A DNA stretch of 60,927 nucleotides, filler included, from Nitrospinota bacterium (GTDB taxonomy: Bacteria > JADFOP01), in the NCBI GenBank assembly GCA_022562795.1. It is 3 parts of 3 records of this genome, joined end to end, with 100 filler letters (N's around TTAATTAATTAA, not from the genome) between each part and the next. Parts side by side here need not be neighbours in the genome. Positions count along the whole stretch, not along the records: positions 25,297 to 53,523 come from JADFOP010000026.1; 2 more parts are not named here. One strand, 5' to 3'. The position numbers and the translations under genes were made by a program. The stretch's first letter is position 1. The number at the start of each line of letters is the position of its first letter. The notes under the pieces were generated by a model. The model saw only the letters and a program-made list of their open reading frames with translations, was not told where the DNA came from and searched no databases. Shown piece after piece: positions 35,095 through 45,792 of the stretch.

Positions 35095-37644
35095 TCAGCC
35101 AAGCTCCTTGCTTTCTCGCCAGGCAACAGCCACCTTCTCGACCTCTAAGCCCGCTAGCTCTTCGCCTTCGAGCCCGTAGCACGTCTCCATGACCTCATGG
35201 GGTCTTGCGCTACCCGCCCTGCTAAAGGGCATATCGAGCTCGACCATGAGCCAGTCGTCCTCAGCGTCCACCACACGGGCCTCTCTAATGAAGGCTCGCA
35301 GGTTTATCTCCTGAGCTCTACGTCCCTTGTGCCTGATAAATGGGATTGCCTCCTGTGCGAGAAAGTCATCGAAGCGCCGCCGGTGGGCTTTGTGGGCTGG
35401 CACGCCATCAGGCGGCAGAAACGCCGCCGCCCGGCCTGCGACCTGGAAGGTCTGGGAGGCAACGGATTCGTCGGGCCGAGGGGCCTTGAGCGGTATATCG
35501 GCCACCTCAATTACCCGGAGCCCCTCGGGAAGGACGGCCCGAAGACGCTCTAGCACATGGGAGGGCTTGACGAGCTTTATGAGCTCAAGGTCGAAAATCT
35601 CCCACTGGCTCGCCACACCAACAGGCATGGCCGGCCCGAAGGAGACCTTAGGCTTAGGGTTGAAGCCCTGGGAGTAAGCGACTGGGAGCTCCGCCCTCTT
35701 GACCGCCCGCTTGATGGCCCGGGCCAGCTCCAAGTGGGAGAGGTGCCGAAGGAGACCCTCTTTGGCGAATCTAACCCTGAGGCGCTGGACCGAAAGCGGA
35801 GGTTGCTCCCGCTTCGCCGGGGGACGGTCGGGTATCCGTTCCTTCACTCTTTGTATATCGACCTTGGGCGTCTCGGCCCGCTCTTCACCGGGCTCGAGGA
35901 GAGGAGCCCCTACCGTGTGGCGGTACTCTTGCTTCAGGAACTGAGCCTGGTAGCCCATATGGATGTGGGCCCAGGGCAGAGTCTCATCCAGAGGGATGAC
36001 CCGGTTCGCGTACCAGGCCGGGTCTAGCCCCACGGCCTCGAACGCCTCAAGCCAGCTTGTGAAGGAGAAATGCTCGCCCCAGCCGTCGAACGTGCACCCC
36101 CTCCGGTGGGCTTCTTGAATCACGGGCCCGAGCCGTCGGTCGCCACGCGAGAAAACGGCCTCTAGAAAACTCATCTCTGGGTCCTGACGCCCGAGGCGAA
36201 AGGCCCGGTTTCTAAGACGGCTGGCGAGAAAGGCCTGTTTCTCGCGGATGGTCTCTATCGGGTCCTGCCCACACCACTGGTAGGGCGTAGCCGGCTTCGG
36301 TACAAAGGGGCTTGCCGAGATTCCAATCTGCTTGACGCGGCCGAGGGCCCGTGCCCGACGGAGTATCTCCTGGCAGAGGTCCGTCATCTCCTGCAGGTCT
36401 TCCTCGGTCTCAGTAGGCAGGCCGATCATAAAGTAGAGCTTCAGCTTCTCCCAGCCCGCTCCTATAATATCCTCGACGGATTTGAAAATGTCCTTGTTGG
36501 TTGGGACCTTGCGGATGAGGCGCCTGAGGCGTTGGCTGCCGGCCTCTGGAACGATTGTGAACCCGGTCTTGCGGACCCTCTGAATCTCGTTTATGAGAGC
36601 TGGCGACAGGGTGGCGGGCCTCAGCGAGGGGAGGCTCAAAGAGACTTTCTCGGCTGCAAACCGGTCCATGAAGGCGAAGACAAGTCCGTGGAGGTCTGAG
36701 TAATCTCCTATGGAGAGGTTGGCCAGGCTTAGCTCGTCGTAGCCGCTAGCGGCCAGGCTCTCGGCAGCCTGTTGAACCAATGTCGATATGGAACGCTCCC
36801 GGACAGGCCAGTCGATGGAGCCCGCTTGGCAGAACCTGCACTTCCATATACAGCCCCGGCCTGTCTCGAGGGATATTCGATCGTGGACGATACTGGCGAA
36901 TGGGACGATCGGCCGGGTGGGAAAGACTGCCTTTTCAAGGTTCATGACATCCCGCTTGACGACCGGCCCCACGCCCTTTTTGAGGGGTATGACCTCCCCG
37001 ATGGTTCCGTTTTGGTTGTATGTCGGCTCGTAGAAGGCTGGGACGTAAATTCCTTTGAGTTCACCCAGAGCCTCCAGTAGGGCGTCGCGATCGGAGCCAG
37101 AGGCCTTCCAGCGTTGGTAGACAGAGAGAATCTCCAGGACGATATCCTCACCGTCGCCCACCACGATGGCGTCGATGAAGTCGGCGATAGGCTCGGGGTT
37201 CGTGGCACACGGCCCCCCGGCGATGATCAGGGGGTCCTGGGACCTCCGCTCGACGCTCAGCAGGGGGATACCGCCCAGCTCAAGGGCGTTCAAGACGTTG
37301 GTGTAGGAGAGCTCGTACTGGAGCGAGAAGCCGACGATATCAAAGGAGCCAAGCGGCTTCTTGCTCTCCAGGCTGGCCAGGGGGAGCTTTCGGCGTCGCA
37401 GGAGCGCCTCGTAGTCGGTGTCTGGGCAGAAGACCCTCTCGCAGGCGACCCGGGGCTCGCGGTTGAGGATTTCGTATAGAATCCGCAGGCCGAGGTGGCT
37501 CATTCCCACCTCGTACTTATCAGGGAAGACGAGGGCGACAGTGGTATCGACGTCGCGGAGGTCTTTGCGGACGACGTTGAGCTCGCAGCCGAGATAGCGG
37601 GAGGGCCGGCGGACAAAGGGCAAGAGGGAATCGTAGGGGTTCAT
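35095..37644 (-). CDS. TIGR03960-type radical SAM protein fused to DUF2344 (TIGR03936) domain
   Basis: PSRYLG.E, FPDKYEVGMS, CIWKCRFC, PEAGSQR, YSQGFNPKPK; familiar rodA-rSAM-rng order. Confidence 0.9.
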   Translation of the reverse strand: MNPYDSLLPFVRRPSRYLGCELNVVRKDLRDVDTTVALVFPDKYEVGMSHLGLRILYEILNREPRVACERVFCPDTDYEALLRRRKLPLASLESKKPLGSFDIVGFSLQYELSYTNVLNALELGGIPLLSVERRSQDPLIIAGGPCATNPEPIADFIDAIVVGDGEDIVLEILSVYQRWKASGSDRDALLEALGELKGIYVPAFYEPTYNQNGTIGEVIPLKKGVGPVVKRDVMNLEKAVFPTRPIVPFASIVHDRISLETGRGCIWKCRFCQAGSIDWPVRERSISTLVQQAAESLAASGYDELSLANLSIGDYSDLHGLVFAFMDRFAAEKVSLSLPSLRPATLSPALINEIQRVRKTGFTIVPEAGSQRLRRLIRKVPTNKDIFKSVEDIIGAGWEKLKLYFMIGLPTETEEDLQEMTDLCQEILRRARALGRVKQIGISASPFVPKPATPYQWCGQDPIETIREKQAFLASRLRNRAFRLGRQDPEMSFLEAVFSRGDRRLGPVIQEAHRRGCTFDGWGEHFSFTSWLEAFEAVGLDPAWYANRVIPLDETLPWAHIHMGYQAQFLKQEYRHTVGAPLLEPGEERAETPKVDIQRVKERIPDRPPAKREQPPLSVQRLRVRFAKEGLLRHLSHLELARAIKRAVKRAELPVAYSQGFNPKPKVSFGPAMPVGVASQWEIFDLELIKLVKPSHVLERLRAVLPEGLRVIEVADIPLKAPRPDESVASQTFQVAGRAAAFLPPDGVPAHKAHRRRFDDFLAQEAIPFIRHKGRRAQEINLRAFIREARVVDAEDDWLMVELDMPFSRAGSARPHEVMETCYGLEGEELAGLEVEKVAVAWRESKELG

Positions 37645-37763
37645 GAACTCACCTCCCCGCGGTGGATCGAACACCTGTCCGGGGGTGAACAGATGACCAG
37701 TTGGTCCCTTAATTGGCCTTTCTATCAATAGACCAGGGCCCGGCTTGTGTCAAGGCTGGCTGT

Positions 37764-38870
37764 TTAGTAGGCGAATTTACGGAGCTTAATGTTCAGGAGC
37801 AAGCCGACGGCCAACATGGTGGTGACGAGGGAGGAGCCTCCGTAGCTCAAAAGCGGCAGGGGGATTCCTACCACCGGCAAGAGGCCCACCGTCATTCCGA
37901 TGTTGAAGGTTACGTAGAGCGTGAGCATCCAGGTGAGCCCAACCGCCGTCATTGCTCCGAAGCGGTCCTTGGCCTGGAAGGCCACTTCAATGCCCTTGAG
38001 GAGGAAGCCGAGGAAGAGCAACAGGAGGCAGGCCGCGCCGACGAAACCTACCTCCTCGGCAGCCACGCTGAAGATAAAGTCCGTGTGCTGGGCCGGCAGA
38101 AAGTTGAGGCGGCCCTGGGTACCCTGCATCAGCCCCTTGCCAAGCACGCCCCCCGACCCGATTGCAATCTTTGACTGGATGACGTGGTAGCCAGCCCCCA
38201 ATGGGTCGCCGGTGGGATCTAGCAATGTCAGGAGGCGGCTCTTTTGGTAGTCCTTCAGCATGGTCCAGCCGAAAGGCATCGCGGCCAGCAAAGCTGCCGC
38301 GACGACGAGGATAGCCCGCCTCTCCACGCCCGAGACGAGGACCATGCCGCCGGCCACGAGCCCAAGCATGGTGGCTGTGCCTAGATCAGGCTCCTTAGCT
38401 ATGAGGATAATAGGCAACGCGACGAGTAGGGCGGGTACAATCAGGTGGCGAAGCCTCAGGGCCTTCTCTCGACGGACATCGGCGGTATACCTGGCCAGGG
38501 CTAAGACAAGGGCCACCTTCATGAACTCCGAGGGCTGACAACGAAACGGACCGATTACCAGCCATCGTTTGGCGCCAGCCACCACGGGTCCGAAGAAAAG
38601 GACGTAGACGAGGGCCGCCAGGCAAATTCCGTAGAGAACGTACGAGTAGCGGGCGATGAGACGGTAGTCCACCATCAGGGTCACCACCAGCCCCACCAGC
38701 CCGACGAGAAGCCACCAGAGCTGTTTTATGTAGCTGGCCTGAAGATGAGGAGAAGCCTTCGCATGGGTGGCGCTGTAGATAAGGACCACACCTGATGCGG
38801 CCAACAAGAGGGTTAATGCCAAAAGGCCCCAATCGAGGGAGCGGAGCCACCTTCGAGAACCAACGTCCAC
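37764..38870 (-). CDS. rodA: Rod shape-determining protein RodA
   Basis: GAKRW, QPSEF, EPDLGT, HTDFIF, SYGGSS. Confidence 0.95.
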   Translation of the reverse strand: MDVGSRRWLRSLDWGLLALTLLLAASGVVLIYSATHAKASPHLQASYIKQLWWLLVGLVGLVVTLMVDYRLIARYSYVLYGICLAALVYVLFFGPVVAGAKRWLVIGPFRCQPSEFMKVALVLALARYTADVRREKALRLRHLIVPALLVALPIILIAKEPDLGTATMLGLVAGGMVLVSGVERRAILVVAAALLAAMPFGWTMLKDYQKSRLLTLLDPTGDPLGAGYHVIQSKIAIGSGGVLGKGLMQGTQGRLNFLPAQHTDFIFSVAAEEVGFVGAACLLLLFLGFLLKGIEVAFQAKDRFGAMTAVGLTWMLTLYVTFNIGMTVGLLPVVGIPLPLLSYGGSSLVTTMLAVGLLLNIKLRKFAY

Positions 38871-38873
38871 AGC

Positions 38874-40724
38874 TTATCTCCCTTTCTCGCTGACCAACCT
38901 CTCGTCACGAATATCCAGGTGTGCTCGAATGAGCTCTCTGGCGAAGGTGGCGAAGTGGGCGCCTCCAATTCCGGCATTCTCGATGAAAACAACAAGGGCG
39001 ATAGAGGGCTCCTCGAAAGGGGCGAAGGCCACAAACCAGGCGTGGTCTCGAAGGTGCTTGGGCAGCTTCCGCTGAGTCTTATCGTTGTCCTGGTTAATAC
39101 GGCGCTGGATGACCTGAGCCGTGCCGGTCTTGCCTGCCACAACAACCCCCTCCAGGCGGGCCCTAGCTCCGGTGCCCATCGGCTCATTGATCACGCCTCG
39201 GAGGGCCTCACGGATAAGCTGCAACGTTCTGGGGCTGATAGGTAGGGTTGCCGCGGCTTCTCGGTCGGCTCTCGCAGAAACCTCCCCGGAGGGGCGACGC
39301 ACCTCCCGGACGAGGTGAGGCTTCAGTAGTGTGCCGCCATTAGCAATAGCGCTCACCAAGACGGCCATTTGCATCGGTGTAACCAGGTTGAAGCCCTGGC
39401 CTATAGCCACCCCGAGGGTCTCCCCAGGCTGCCATGGTTCTCCTTTGGTATCCAGCTTCCAGCCCCGGCTCGGCACCAACCCGGCCTTTTCGTGCCCCAG
39501 CCCGATTCCCGTCGGTGCCCCAAGACCGAAGCCCCGGGCATATGCCTCCAACCGGTCAATGCCGAGAGCCTGACCTAGCTGGTAGAAATAGACGTCGCAG
39601 CTCTCAACGAGAGCCTTGTGCAAGTCCACCTTTCCATGGCCCTCGGGCTTCCAATCACGAAAGATGCGGTCGCCGAATTCATATTGTCCCGTGCAATTAA
39701 TCGTATCTTTTGGTGTAACGACTCCCGCTTCCAAACCAGCGGCGGCCACAACAATCTTAAAGATGCTCCCGGGAGGATATTGGCTTTGAATGGCTCGGTT
39801 CTGCAGCGGGTGATCGGGATTATTGGTCAGCTTCTCCCACGCCTTCCCAGATATGCCACTGGCGAAGAGGTTGGGGTCGAAAGCGGGCCGAGAGACGAAT
39901 GCCAGGACATCACCATTGCGGGGGTCCATCGCTACGATGACCCCGTTGTGGTCGCCCATCAGGCCTTCGGCCAACTGCTGGAGCTCCAGATCAATGGTCA
40001 GCAAGAGGTCGGAGCCAGGCTTTGGCGTCTGCCCTTCGAGCTGAAGTAGCTCCCGTCCAAAGGCGTCAACCTCCACTTGGCGGATACCTGCACGACCTCG
40101 CAGTATGGATTCGTACTGGCGCTCCAGGCCGTACTGGCCTACCAGGTCGCCCACTTGGTAGCCCTTCCCTCGGGAGGCCGCCAGTTGGCTTTCGTTGATC
40201 TCCCCCAGATAGCCTAGCAGATGGGCGGCTAGCTCCCCATGCTCGTTCTTCCGAAGAGGTTCGACTACAATGCGCAACCCCGGCAGGTTGATCCTGTGCT
40301 CGACGACGTAGGCCAGTGCATCACGCGGGATGTCGCGGCTTATAAGGACCGGGCGAAATGGAGGCACCCCCTTCATCCTGCGCTTCACCGCCGCTTTATC
40401 CACTACCACCAGCTGGGAGATACGCTGGAGCGTCTTCTCAAAGTCCCCGGCATCCTCACGTACCACCATCAGGTTAAAAGCGGGTCGGTTCTCTGCAAGG
40501 AGCCCTCCGTTCCTATCGTAAATTTTGCCGCGGGGAGCACCCATCGGCTGTACGCGGATACGGTTGTTCTCAGAGAGCGAGCGGTAGTAGGAGCCGTGCA
40601 TAATCTGGATGTGGGCCAACCGTACCACCAGAGCAGCGAAAATTATAACCACGAAGGCGAGGAAACAGAGCAGGCGAAACCGAAAGCCGGAGGCCTGGGG
40701 CGATGAATCGGCACGTATGGGCAT
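38874..40724 (-). CDS. mrdA: Penicillin-binding protein 2
   Basis: PRGKIYDRNG, PGSIFK, SCD, KTGTAQ, DHAWF. Confidence 0.95.
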   Translation of the reverse strand: MPIRADSSPQASGFRFRLLCFLAFVVIIFAALVVRLAHIQIMHGSYYRSLSENNRIRVQPMGAPRGKIYDRNGGLLAENRPAFNLMVVREDAGDFEKTLQRISQLVVVDKAAVKRRMKGVPPFRPVLISRDIPRDALAYVVEHRINLPGLRIVVEPLRKNEHGELAAHLLGYLGEINESQLAASRGKGYQVGDLVGQYGLERQYESILRGRAGIRQVEVDAFGRELLQLEGQTPKPGSDLLLTIDLELQQLAEGLMGDHNGVIVAMDPRNGDVLAFVSRPAFDPNLFASGISGKAWEKLTNNPDHPLQNRAIQSQYPPGSIFKIVVAAAGLEAGVVTPKDTINCTGQYEFGDRIFRDWKPEGHGKVDLHKALVESCDVYFYQLGQALGIDRLEAYARGFGLGAPTGIGLGHEKAGLVPSRGWKLDTKGEPWQPGETLGVAIGQGFNLVTPMQMAVLVSAIANGGTLLKPHLVREVRRPSGEVSARADREAAATLPISPRTLQLIREALRGVINEPMGTGARARLEGVVVAGKTGTAQVIQRRINQDNDKTQRKLPKHLRDHAWFVAFAPFEEPSIALVVFIENAGIGGAHFATFARELIRAHLDIRDERLVSEKGR

Positions 40725-40741
40725 TCAAGGACCTCCCGTCC

Positions 40742-41308
40742 TTATGGCCGTCGGTAGGTTTTGCGCTCGAGAAGTCTGCGAAGGCCGGGCGGGGCGGCGG
40801 GCAGGTCTGTAAACCCCCTTGTGGGCAGGTAGCGCCGGGCCACCCGGCTCAGCACGGCGAAGTATGGAACAGCCACAAGGCCGTTGTAGACGATCTGGTA
40901 GGCCACAAGAGCCCCCGTAGGGCGCAATAGAGACGACTCCCCGCCGTGGAAGAGCCGCGCGACACCAAAGGTCAGGAGGGCGTCGAAGACGGTCAAGAGG
41001 GCAACCAAAAGCGCTTGGAGTAGACGGTAGTGGAAACCTACGTGGCGCTGGAGAACGCCGGTGGCAAATCCTATCAAAGACTTGCTCAGAGTATTGAGAC
41101 CAAAGATGCCCCCGGAGAGGCAATCTTGGATGAGGCCCGCTAGTGCACCGAGCATGAGCCCCCTTTGACGTCCGAAGAAGAGTCCCACCAGGCAGGCCAA
41201 CAAGAGGATGAGGTCGGGGCGCACTCCCCCAAAGGTGGCGTATTGCATGAGGGTTGATTGGAATAGGAAGGAGATGAGAAATAAGTTGATTAGAAATACG
41301 GCAGACAC
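40742..41308 (-). CDS. mreD: MreD
   Basis: PDLIL, GLIQD, GLNTLSK; position in mre operon. Confidence 0.9.
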   Translation of the reverse strand: MSAVFLINLFLISFLFQSTLMQYATFGGVRPDLILLLACLVGLFFGRQRGLMLGALAGLIQDCLSGGIFGLNTLSKSLIGFATGVLQRHVGFHYRLLQALLVALLTVFDALLTFGVARLFHGGESSLLRPTGALVAYQIVYNGLVAVPYFAVLSRVARRYLPTRGFTDLPAAPPGLRRLLERKTYRRP

Positions 41309-41310
41309 GG

Positions 41311-42126
41311 CTATCGCTTAGCGGTGATGAAGACCTCTTCGAGGCGATCCAAATCGGTGCTAGGCTTGACTATGGCTTCTTGGTGGAGGCCCCGGCTGCC
41401 TTTCGTCACCCGTGTGATGGTCCCAATGACCAAACCCTTGGGGTAGAGTCCACCCACCCCGGAGGAGATGACTAGGTCACCTATCTTGATATCTGCCTCC
41501 AGGGGGATGTACTTCATTAAACAGCTCGAGCGGCCCCTGCCCACCACCACGCCCCGGTCCCTCGTACGTTGGATGAGGGCGTCCACAGCGTGACGGAAAT
41601 CGGTCAAGAGCAAGACCTTGCTCACCCCCGGGCTTGTCTGTACGATGTGGCCCACCAAGCCGTCAGCACTAACGACGATCATCTGCTTTGCCAAGTCGTC
41701 GTTGCTGCCCCGGTCTACCATGAGCACGTTGGACCAGGTGGTGGGGTCGAGGCCCACCACGGTGGCCATCACCATTGGAGCAGGATCCCCCCGCCGGGCG
41801 GCCAGGAGCTTCTCTAGACGGTGAAATTGGAGGTTTTTCTCAAGAAGTCTGCTGTTGTCCGTACGCAGGGCCTGGAGTTCCCGCTTAAGGATTTCGCTCT
41901 CAGCCCGTACCCCTACGAGATCGATGTAGCTCTGCCAGAGGTGTTGGCCTCGTCGGGCAGCGCGGGTCACAGCCTTCTGAAAGGGGGCGAGGGCCGAGAT
42001 AACGACGCTTTCCACCCACGTGGTGCCCATTGTCCCCTGTATATCGAGGGTCATGATCGTTAGGGTAGACACAATAATGGCCCCAATCAACATGCTCGTT
42101 TTCCATTTCCCCAGTCGTCTCTTCAT
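41311..42126 (-). CDS. mreC: MreC
   Basis: TM plus coiled coil, GLVG, SSGVGGLYPKG. Confidence 0.95.
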   Translation of the reverse strand: MKRRLGKWKTSMLIGAIIVSTLTIMTLDIQGTMGTTWVESVVISALAPFQKAVTRAARRGQHLWQSYIDLVGVRAESEILKRELQALRTDNSRLLEKNLQFHRLEKLLAARRGDPAPMVMATVVGLDPTTWSNVLMVDRGSNDDLAKQMIVVSADGLVGHIVQTSPGVSKVLLLTDFRHAVDALIQRTRDRGVVVGRGRSSCLMKYIPLEADIKIGDLVISSGVGGLYPKGLVIGTITRVTKGSRGLHQEAIVKPSTDLDRLEEVFITAKR

Positions 42127-42152
42127 GTGCGGAAAGACCCTTTGTTGGTGGC

Positions 42153-43268
<1,116 letters not shown>

Positions 43269-43404
43269 TTATACCACCTATCCACATGGGGGGCAAGCAT
43301 TTTTTAGATGAAAAGCCTTGCACCTACCATGCCTGTCGGATATGCTAGAGGTCCACACACACCACCGGGGGGCTGTGCGATAGCCCTCCGGTACTCTATC
43401 GGCC

Positions 43405-45339
43405 ATGCTCTACAAAATCCGAAAGAACGTTAAATCGTTGTTTTTCAGGATAATCCTCATCGGGGTGGCACTGACCTTCATCTCCTGGGGGGCCGGGTAC
43501 TTCTCCAGGGGCAATCAAGCGGTCGAGACAGATGTCGTTGCCACTGTGGAAGGCCTGCCAATTACGTTGGGCGAATACCAAGGGGCCTACCGTCAAAGGC
43601 TGGATACTTACAGGAGACTCTTCAAGGGCCAGCTGGACGAGGCCATGATACAGCGGCTTAACCTCTCCCGCCAAGCCTTAGAAGGTCTTATTGAGAACAG
43701 ATTGTTAATGGTTCTGGCCCGGCAGGAGGGCTTTTCGGCGTCAGATTCCGAGGTGGTACGCTACATCGAAGGCCACCCCGCCTTTCAAGTGGGGGGCTAC
43801 TTTAATCGTAACCGCTATTTGAACCTCCTCAGCAACCGTGGAATAACCCCGGCCAAATACGAGGAGTCCATCCGCAAGCTCCTCATGGTCGAGCAGGTGC
43901 AGGAGGCCTTCAAAGACGGTGTCCACATCTCTGAGGCGGAGACCCGGAACGCCTATCGTATCGAGAACGAGCAGGTCTCTACGACCTTTCTGCTCCTCAG
44001 GGGGGAAGACTTCGCCGATGAGGCTACCGCGACGTATGATGCGCTCGATACTTATTATCTCGGCCACCGCAAGGACTTTACAGTAGCCGAACGTAGGCAA
44101 GTGGGCTACCTCGTATTCCGACCGGAGATGTACGAGAAGGAGGTAGCCTTCGACCAGGTGCGTCTCAAGGAGTACTACGATCTCCACGCCGAAGAGTACA
44201 TAAAGCCGGAGAGGATGCGTGCCCGCCACATCTTGCTGAAGCTCTCACCAAATGCCTCGAGCGAAGATGAGGCCGAAGTCAAGGCTCGGGCCGAGGACCT
44301 TCTGAGGGAAGCCCTCGGCAAGAAGGACTTCGCTGAGCTCGCCAAGGCCCATTCCCAGGGACCATCAGCCCCCCAAGGGGGAGATTTAGGTTTCTTCACA
44401 CGGGGCAAAATGGTCAAGCCCTTTGATGAGGCGGCTTTTGCGCTAGAGGTTGGCCAGGTGGGGGGGCCCGTTAAGACCCCATTCGGCTATCACCTGATTA
44501 AGGTGGAGGAGAAAGAGCCCGCCTCTGTTAGGGCCTTTGAGGAGGCCGAAAGCGAGATTCGCCAAATCCTCGTTGCCGAGGAAACCCGCTACCTCGCCCA
44601 GGACGCCGCCGACGCCGCTCTGGAGGCCATTAGGGCCTCAAAAGAACAGGGGGTGGCTGCGCTCTCCGGCAAGGAAGGACGTTCGGTGCCCATGACCGGC
44701 CTCTTCGCACGAGGCGAGCCATTGCCGCCCGAGCTTGGGCCCGACGAAGAAGCCCTGCGGGCAGTGGCCTTCAGGCTGGCGAAGGGCGAGGTCAGCGATG
44801 TCATCGAGGGGAAGCGCAACAGCTACCTCATCACCCTGGTAAGGCGTGAGGATGTGCACGTCCCGCCCTTAGAGTCTATCAGAGCCGATGTGGAGCGGGC
44901 CTACCGATTATTCACGGGACACAAGAGAGCTGTCTCTGAGGCCGAGGCGTTAGCCAAATCGGTAACCAGCGTCGACGCTCTTGCCCAGGCGGCTAAGCGG
45001 CTTAAGCTTTCCACCACTCAGACCGCCACGGGATGGTTTACACGCCAGGGCCCGGTTCCCAACGTGGAAGCCTCTGCTCCTTACATCCGAGCTGCCTTCG
45101 TCCTGCCGCCGGGCGCTTTCGCCGCCGTTCCTTCCTCCGAAGGTGCCTATGTGCTGACGGTTACCGGTGCAAAAGGGGTTACGGAGGAAGGGTTCGCCTC
45201 CGCACGAAAGGAGCTCGAAAAGCGGATGCGCCTCGAGAAGGCCAACACCCTCTACGTTGCCTGGATCCAGCGGCTACGCCAAACCCGCCGGGTGGAGGTT
45301 AACGCCGAACTATTCCCCGCCTATCCCACCAGGAATTAG
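43405..45339 (+). CDS. ppiD: PpiD-like chaperone (SurA-N + parvulin)
   Basis: N-terminal [24 protein letters not shown]. Confidence 0.85.
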   Translation: MLYKIRKNVKSLFFRIILIGVALTFISWGAGYFSRGNQAVETDVVATVEGLPITLGEYQGAYRQRLDTYRRLFKGQLDEAMIQRLNLSRQALEGLIENRLLMVLARQEGFSASDSEVVRYIEGHPAFQVGGYFNRNRYLNLLSNRGITPAKYEESIRKLLMVEQVQEAFKDGVHISEAETRNAYRIENEQVSTTFLLLRGEDFADEATATYDALDTYYLGHRKDFTVAERRQVGYLVFRPEMYEKEVAFDQVRLKEYYDLHAEEYIKPERMRARHILLKLSPNASSEDEAEVKARAEDLLREALGKKDFAELAKAHSQGPSAPQGGDLGFFTRGKMVKPFDEAAFALEVGQVGGPVKTPFGYHLIKVEEKEPASVRAFEEAESEIRQILVAEETRYLAQDAADAALEAIRASKEQGVAALSGKEGRSVPMTGLFARGEPLPPELGPDEEALRAVAFRLAKGEVSDVIEGKRNSYLITLVRREDVHVPPLESIRADVERAYRLFTGHKRAVSEAEALAKSVTSVDALAQAAKRLKLSTTQTATGWFTRQGPVPNVEASAPYIRAAFVLPPGAFAAVPSSEGAYVLTVTGAKGVTEEGFASARKELEKRMRLEKANTLYVAWIQRLRQTRRVEVNAELFPAYPTRN

Positions 45340-45417
45340 CTCCCCTAGGGCCCGGCATAGATGCCCCTCATCTCCACGGGGGCATGTTGGACTAGGAGAT
45401 GCGTGCGCCGAATACCC

Positions 45418-45446
45418 TTGACACCTATAAGGCCCCTTGTTAGCAT
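45418..45446 (+). promoter_or_regulatory. Sigma70 promoter for tatA-rel
   Basis: TTGACA-17-TAGCAT with TGn extension. Confidence 0.55.
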
Positions 45447-45528
45447 GAAATTGGGATAAGGGTAGTAGTTTTAAGGTGTTTAGACGCCCCCGGGAGGTTT
45501 TTCTCCCCAACGGATAAGGAGAGAGCCA

Positions 45529-45729
45529 ATGTTTGGCCTGGGCCTGCCAGAGCTCCTTATTATCCTGGCCATCTGTCTGTTGCTCTTCGGCGCAACTCGT
45601 TTGCCGGCACTTGGCCAGGGTATGGCGAAGGGCATCAAGAACTTTCGCAAGACCTACCGGGAACCAGACGAGATCGACGTCACCCCTAAGGAGTCTGGGC
45701 CACCGGAAGATCCGCCCTCCCAGGCGTGA
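45529..45729 (+). CDS. tatA: Tat translocase TatA/E
   Basis: MFGLGLPEL...[10 protein letters not shown]...GIKNF. Confidence 0.92.
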   Translation: MFGLGLPELLIILAICLLLFGATRLPALGQGMAKGIKNFRKTYREPDEIDVTPKESGPPEDPPSQA

Positions 45730-45792
45730 CTAGGCCGATGGTCCCGGCTTCTTCTATGAAAACACGCCCATAGGGCGAGATGAGGTCCAGTC